Shown piece after piece: positions 59,849 to 64,000 of a stretch of 64,000 nucleotides of DNA. The stretch comes from Phycisphaerales bacterium (GTDB lineage Bacteria > Planctomycetota > Phycisphaerae > Phycisphaerales > UBA1924). The notes beneath the pieces were generated by a model. The model made no database searches. It was not told the origin of the DNA and saw only the letters and a program-made list of their open reading frames with translations. The position numbers were made by a program, and so were the translations under genes. The stretch's first letter is position 1, and every line of letters starts with the position of its first letter. The stretch spans positions 2,880,001 through 2,944,000 of the forward strand of contig OZ245777.1 of NCBI GenBank assembly GCA_965227775.1. Direction: 5' to 3'.

Positions 59849-60738
59849 CGCCCCACCTCCACGATGTTGTCGGCCCGCCCCTCAGCCGCGAGCTGGGCGG
59901 GCGTCTTGCCCCGGCCGAGCGCTGCCTCGAGCTCTTCGATTGACTCTGTCTCGAGATCGCCGAACACGCGGTTCGGGCCGGCCGCGACGATCGCGTACTC
60001 CGCATCGCGAAGCTCGACGTTGTCCGCCGGATCGCCCAGCAGACTCGGCACACGTCGGAGATCGGTGACGTCGGTCGCGCTCGATGCGTCGATGGGCAGC
60101 CAGCGGTAGTAGCGGTACGCCACACCGTTGCGGTCGCGAAGCTCGAAGCGACCTTCCTCACTATCGATCTCAGTCAGCCGATCGCCATCGCCCGCGACGT
60201 CAAAGAGCGGCTCGGTCAATCGTCCGCCGGCCTTACGGAAGGTGCCATCGCGATTCGGCTCGCGGAAGCCGACGCCATCATTGCCGTCGTAGTCGGCATC
60301 AAGCACGCCAACGAGGTAATAGGACAGGCTGTATACGCTGAAACGCAGGTCCGCCATGGTCGGGGCCTGGCCTTGCAGGAACTCGACGTCAGCAACAACA
60401 TCAGTCCGGTATACGTCGACAAAGTTGCTTCCGCCCGAGCTGACCAGGGGCGATGTCGATGGCGTGCCGGCCGGGTAGGTCAGCCCATCCTTGACCAACG
60501 GCGGCGCGAAGCCGAAGTCGTTCTTGAAGGCTTGGATCGCGATCTTGATCGCGTTCACATTCGCCCGCTCGGCCCCGCTCTGGGCAGAACGAGAAAGCTG
60601 GTTCAGGCCAATCAGCAGCAATCCAATAAGGATGGAGATCACCAGGATCGACACGCCGAGCTCAACGATCGTGAAGCCCGACCGCGCCGCCGCGCCCGTG
60701 CGCGAAGCCGTCCGAGTTGTCCGGGTCAGTCCTGCCAT
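59845..60738 (-). CDS. GspG-like prepilin
   Basis: SG/FTIVELGVSI, IKIAIQAFKNDFGFAPP, DRNGVAYRY, IVAAGPNRVFG..DNI. Confidence 0.8.
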   Translation of the reverse strand: MAGLTRTTRTASRTGAAARSGFTIVELGVSILVISILIGLLLIGLNQLSRSAQSGAERANVNAIKIAIQAFKNDFGFAPPLVKDGLTYPAGTPSTSPLVSSGGSNFVDVYRTDVVADVEFLQGQAPTMADLRFSVYSLSYYLVGVLDADYDGNDGVGFREPNRDGTFRKAGGRLTEPLFDVAGDGDRLTEIDSEEGRFELRDRNGVAYRYYRWLPIDASSATDVTDLRRVPSLLGDPADNVELRDAEYAIVAAGPNRVFGDLETESIEELEAALGRGKTPAQLAAEGRADNIVEVGR

Positions 60739-60890
60739 CGGGCGTTGTCCCTTCCTCGGGCCGCGAAGACCACGCGACCCCTTCGATGCATCCGGGCCGA
60801 TCGGCCCGTGTCCCCCAAAACCGCCGGGGCGTGCCGACGCGAAGGCGCCCTCCCCAAGCCGCCCCGCGCCGGCACGCAGCCCCGACAGAT

Positions 60891-62171
60891 TCACAGACCC
60901 CCGCCGTTGAGCGACTCGATCATCGCCACCATCGGCAGGAACATTGCGATCACGATCACGCCCACCATGACACCGATGCCAACAACCATCAGCGGCTCGA
61001 GCAGCGACAGGGCGGCCTTCACAGCGACGTCGACCTCTTCGTCGTAGTTGTCGGCGACCTTCATCAGCATCACGTCCAACTCGCCGGTCTCTTCACCCAC
61101 GTCCACCATGTTGACCACGATGGGCTCGCAGGTCTTGCTCTCACGAAGCGGCACGGCGAAGCTCTCGCCCTCGCGCACTGCATCGTGTACGCGGAGCAGC
61201 GCCTTCTCGAACACCGCGTTACCCGAGGTGTCGGCCGTAATACGGATGGCCTCAAGGATCGGCACGCCAGCAGAGATCAGCGTTCCCAGCGTTCGCGTGA
61301 ACTTCGCCACCGTCGACTTGCGGCTCACACCGCCCACAACCGGCGTCCACAACACCAGCCTGTCGGTGAGCGCCCGTCCGGGCTTGGCCAGGCGAATGAG
61401 CTTCCATGCGAACGGGATCGCGATGATCGTGCCGACGAAGATCACCGCACCCGGCACGACCTGGCCAGGCTGGCGGCCGGCCATCCACATGCTCGTATCA
61501 GTGAGCCAGATGGTCAGCCAGGGCAACTCGACGCCGAAGTCCTCGAAGATCTTCTGGAACTGCGGGATGATGACCACCATGATCATGACGAGGATGACCA
61601 CCGCCACGAACACGACCACAAGCGGATAGACCAGCGCGCCGCGGATCTGCCGCTTCAGCCGCTGGGCCTTCTCCATGAATTCGGCCAGGCGCTGGAGGAT
61701 GATGTCCAGCACGCCGCCGACCTCACCGGCCGCGATCATCTTGACGTACAAGCGATCGAACGCCTTGGGGTGCTTGGACATGGCCTCCGAGAGGCTCGAA
61801 CCACCCTGCACCTCATCGGTCAGGTCGATCAGCACGTTCTTCAGCGGGCCGGGCTTGGTTTGGCCCTCCAGGATCTGGAGGCTCCGGAGGAGCGGAAGGC
61901 CCGCGTCCTGCAGGGTCGACAGCTGACGCGTGAACTGCGTGAGCTGCTTCTTCTTGACCTTGCCGAAGAGCACGATCCCGCCACCGCGCTTCTTCTTGAC
62001 TGCCGGGCCCTCCGCGCCCTCGGATTTCTTCACCTTCTGCTCGCGCACCGAGGTGGGGTACAGGCTCTGGCTCTTGAGCCGGCCGATGGCCTCCTCGTCG
62101 GTGTTGGCCTCCAGGGTGCCCTTGCGCATCTTGCCCTGGGCGTCGCGAGCTTCGTACGTGAACGTTGCCAT
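60891..62171 (-). CDS. pilC: PilC/GspF inner-membrane platform protein
   Basis: MATFTYEARD, FTRQLSTLQDAGLPL, AGEVGGVLD, YP, FTRTLGTLISAGVPI, GEETGELD, LLEP. Confidence 0.93.
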   Translation of the reverse strand: MATFTYEARDAQGKMRKGTLEANTDEEAIGRLKSQSLYPTSVREQKVKKSEGAEGPAVKKKRGGGIVLFGKVKKKQLTQFTRQLSTLQDAGLPLLRSLQILEGQTKPGPLKNVLIDLTDEVQGGSSLSEAMSKHPKAFDRLYVKMIAAGEVGGVLDIILQRLAEFMEKAQRLKRQIRGALVYPLVVVFVAVVILVMIMVVIIPQFQKIFEDFGVELPWLTIWLTDTSMWMAGRQPGQVVPGAVIFVGTIIAIPFAWKLIRLAKPGRALTDRLVLWTPVVGGVSRKSTVAKFTRTLGTLISAGVPILEAIRITADTSGNAVFEKALLRVHDAVREGESFAVPLRESKTCEPIVVNMVDVGEETGELDVMLMKVADNYDEEVDVAVKAALSLLEPLMVVGIGVMVGVIVIAMFLPMVAMIESLNGGGL

Positions 62172-62232
62172 ACCTTCGAACTCCTGATCCGCGATCCGTC
62201 GCCGCGGCGATTGGTACCTCGACCCCTGGGCC

Positions 62233-63963
62233 CTATTCCTCGACCAGCGTCTCGCGAACGACCTCGTCGATCGACGTCTGGCCCTCGTAGATCGCCAGCA
62301 ATCCGCTCTCGCGGAGCGATCGCATGCCACGACCGCGAGCGTGCTCGCGCACAAGATTCAGGCTCTCTTCGCGCATCACCATGTCCCGGATCGTGTCATC
62401 CATCGTCATGATCTCGAAGAGCGCCATCCGGCCCTTGTATCCGCCGTATTCCGCATCACTACGCGGCCGGTAGAAGGTCTTGCCCGCGACGTCCGATGCA
62501 CGCAGCCCGAGCTCCATCAGCTCTTCCTCGCCCGGCTCATACGCCTCACGCGCCGAAGGAGCAATCTTGCGCACCAGGCGCTGGGCCACGATGCCCTCGA
62601 TCGTCGCCGTCAGCAAGAACGGCTCGAGACCGAGATCAATCAAACGAACGATGGAACTCGGCGCGTCGTTGGTGTGCAGCGTGCTCAGCACCAAGTGACC
62701 GGTCAGCGACGCCTGCACGGCGATTTGCGCGGTCTCGAGGTCGCGAATCTCGCCCACCAGGATCACGTCCGGATCCTGACGGAGGAAGCTTCGCAGCGCC
62801 TTCGCGAAGGTCAGCCCAACGTCGTCGTTCACCTGCACCTGGCAGAGGCCGTCGATGTCGTACTCGACCGGGTCCTCGCTGGTCAGGATCTTTGTCTCGA
62901 TCCGGTTGAGTTCGGCCAGAGCCGCATACAGCGTTGTCGTCTTGCCCGAGCCAGTCGGCCCAGTCACCACGACGATGCCGTTGGGCTTCTCGATGAGTGC
63001 CCGGAAGCGGGTCAGGTCGTCCTCGCGGAAGCCGATGCGCTCGAGATTCAGCTCAACGTTCGAACGGTCGAGCACACGCATCACGACGCTCTCGCCGTGC
63101 ATGGTGGGAAGCACCGCGATACGAAGGTCGACCGGCTTACCGCCCACCTGCAGCTCGATGCGGCCATCCTGCGGCAGGCGTCGCTCGGCGATGTCTAGGT
63201 TCGCCATGACCTTCACGCGGCTCGTAATGGCCGGCCCAAGGTGCTTGGGCGGGGGAACCATCTCATACAGGACGCCGTCGATGCGGTATCGCATCTTGAA
63301 CTCGTCCTCGAATGGCTCGAAGTGGATATCGCTGGCTTTGTCCTTGATGGCCTGCAGCAGCACCAAGTTCAGCAGCTTGACGACCTGGTTGTCGCTCGCA
63401 GCCGTGGCGATGGCGTCCAGGTCGATCGAGTCGCTGCTGTGGCCAGCAAGCGCGTCAAACTTGCTGTCCTTGGCCAGGTTGCTGACCACGTCGACCACCG
63501 ACTCGCTCTTGGTGTAGTGCTTGGCGAGCAGGGCGTCGATTTGCTCGGGGTCGGCGACCACCGCCTCGACGGTCATGCCCAGGAGCAGGCGGAGGTCGTC
63601 CACCGCGCGGAAGTTGTTCGCGCTCTTCATCGCGATCTTCACCCGACGGGCGGTCTGGTTATACTCAATCGGGACAATCCCGTATGCCCGAGCGCTCTCC
63701 GCCGGCACTGAGTCGACCGTCGCGTCGTCCAGTTCCTTGCCGGCGAGATCGACGTAGGCCATGCCCGCCTGCCCCGCGAGCGCCGCCTGGACGTCGGCCT
63801 CGGTGCAGTACTCGAGCTCGATGAGGACCTCGCCGATCTTCTTCTTGCGGGTCCGCTGGATCGCCAGCGCCTCGTGCACTTGCTCACGGGACACCTTGCC
63901 CATCTTGGTGAGCACGCGGCCGATCTTCCGGCCCTTTAGCTCTTCGGGATTTGTTGTGGCCAT
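62233..63963 (-). CDS. pilB: PilB/GspE assembly ATPase with MshEN-like N-terminus, zinc motif absent
   Basis: ASDIHFEP, GPTGSGKTTT, LRQDPDVILVGEIRD, TGHLVLSTLHTND; directly upstream of pilC. Confidence 0.9.
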   Translation of the reverse strand: MATTNPEELKGRKIGRVLTKMGKVSREQVHEALAIQRTRKKKIGEVLIELEYCTEADVQAALAGQAGMAYVDLAGKELDDATVDSVPAESARAYGIVPIEYNQTARRVKIAMKSANNFRAVDDLRLLLGMTVEAVVADPEQIDALLAKHYTKSESVVDVVSNLAKDSKFDALAGHSSDSIDLDAIATAASDNQVVKLLNLVLLQAIKDKASDIHFEPFEDEFKMRYRIDGVLYEMVPPPKHLGPAITSRVKVMANLDIAERRLPQDGRIELQVGGKPVDLRIAVLPTMHGESVVMRVLDRSNVELNLERIGFREDDLTRFRALIEKPNGIVVVTGPTGSGKTTTLYAALAELNRIETKILTSEDPVEYDIDGLCQVQVNDDVGLTFAKALRSFLRQDPDVILVGEIRDLETAQIAVQASLTGHLVLSTLHTNDAPSSIVRLIDLGLEPFLLTATIEGIVAQRLVRKIAPSAREAYEPGEEELMELGLRASDVAGKTFYRPRSDAEYGGYKGRMALFEIMTMDDTIRDMVMREESLNLVREHARGRGMRSLRESGLLAIYEGQTSIDEVVRETLVEE

Positions 63964-64000
63964 GCCAGAATCCTTCGGAGTCCCGATCGCCCGCTCATCC

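Overview
GC-rich bacterial chromosome segment, most likely Planctomycetota (Phycisphaerales); this is inferred from the GC-type dockerin-anchored proteins and the enlarged pilin-like proteins. Housekeeping genes include mqnB, rpoN, a copA-like ATPase, birA, nadC, fabI, sdhCAB, yraN, miaB, ilvE, rpsD, truB, tRNA-Ser(GGA) and tRNA-Pro(TGG). There are four notable blocks. (1) A pilM-N-O-P-like operon ends in a PilB/GspE ATPase and has no secretin (2.7-8.1 kb). (2) An arsR-arsC-acr3-arsM arsenic operon. (3) A tandem array at 30.0-35.3 kb encodes two secreted 14-repeat beta-propeller proteins with C-terminal GC-type dockerins; it is preceded by an orphan 60-bp dockerin-tail relic, and each gene has a copy of a shared upstream promoter-like motif. 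(4) A type IV filament/T2SS-like operon (50.7-64 kb) encodes an ATPase lacking the Zn cysteines, PilC/GspF and five enlarged G/H/I/J/K-type pilins, the last of 1607 aa. Many first-in-operon genes look leaderless (TAnnnT 5-9 nt before the start codon). No transposase, integrase, reverse transcriptase, CRISPR array or rRNA was seen. All calls come from reading motifs by eye; no database searches were run.
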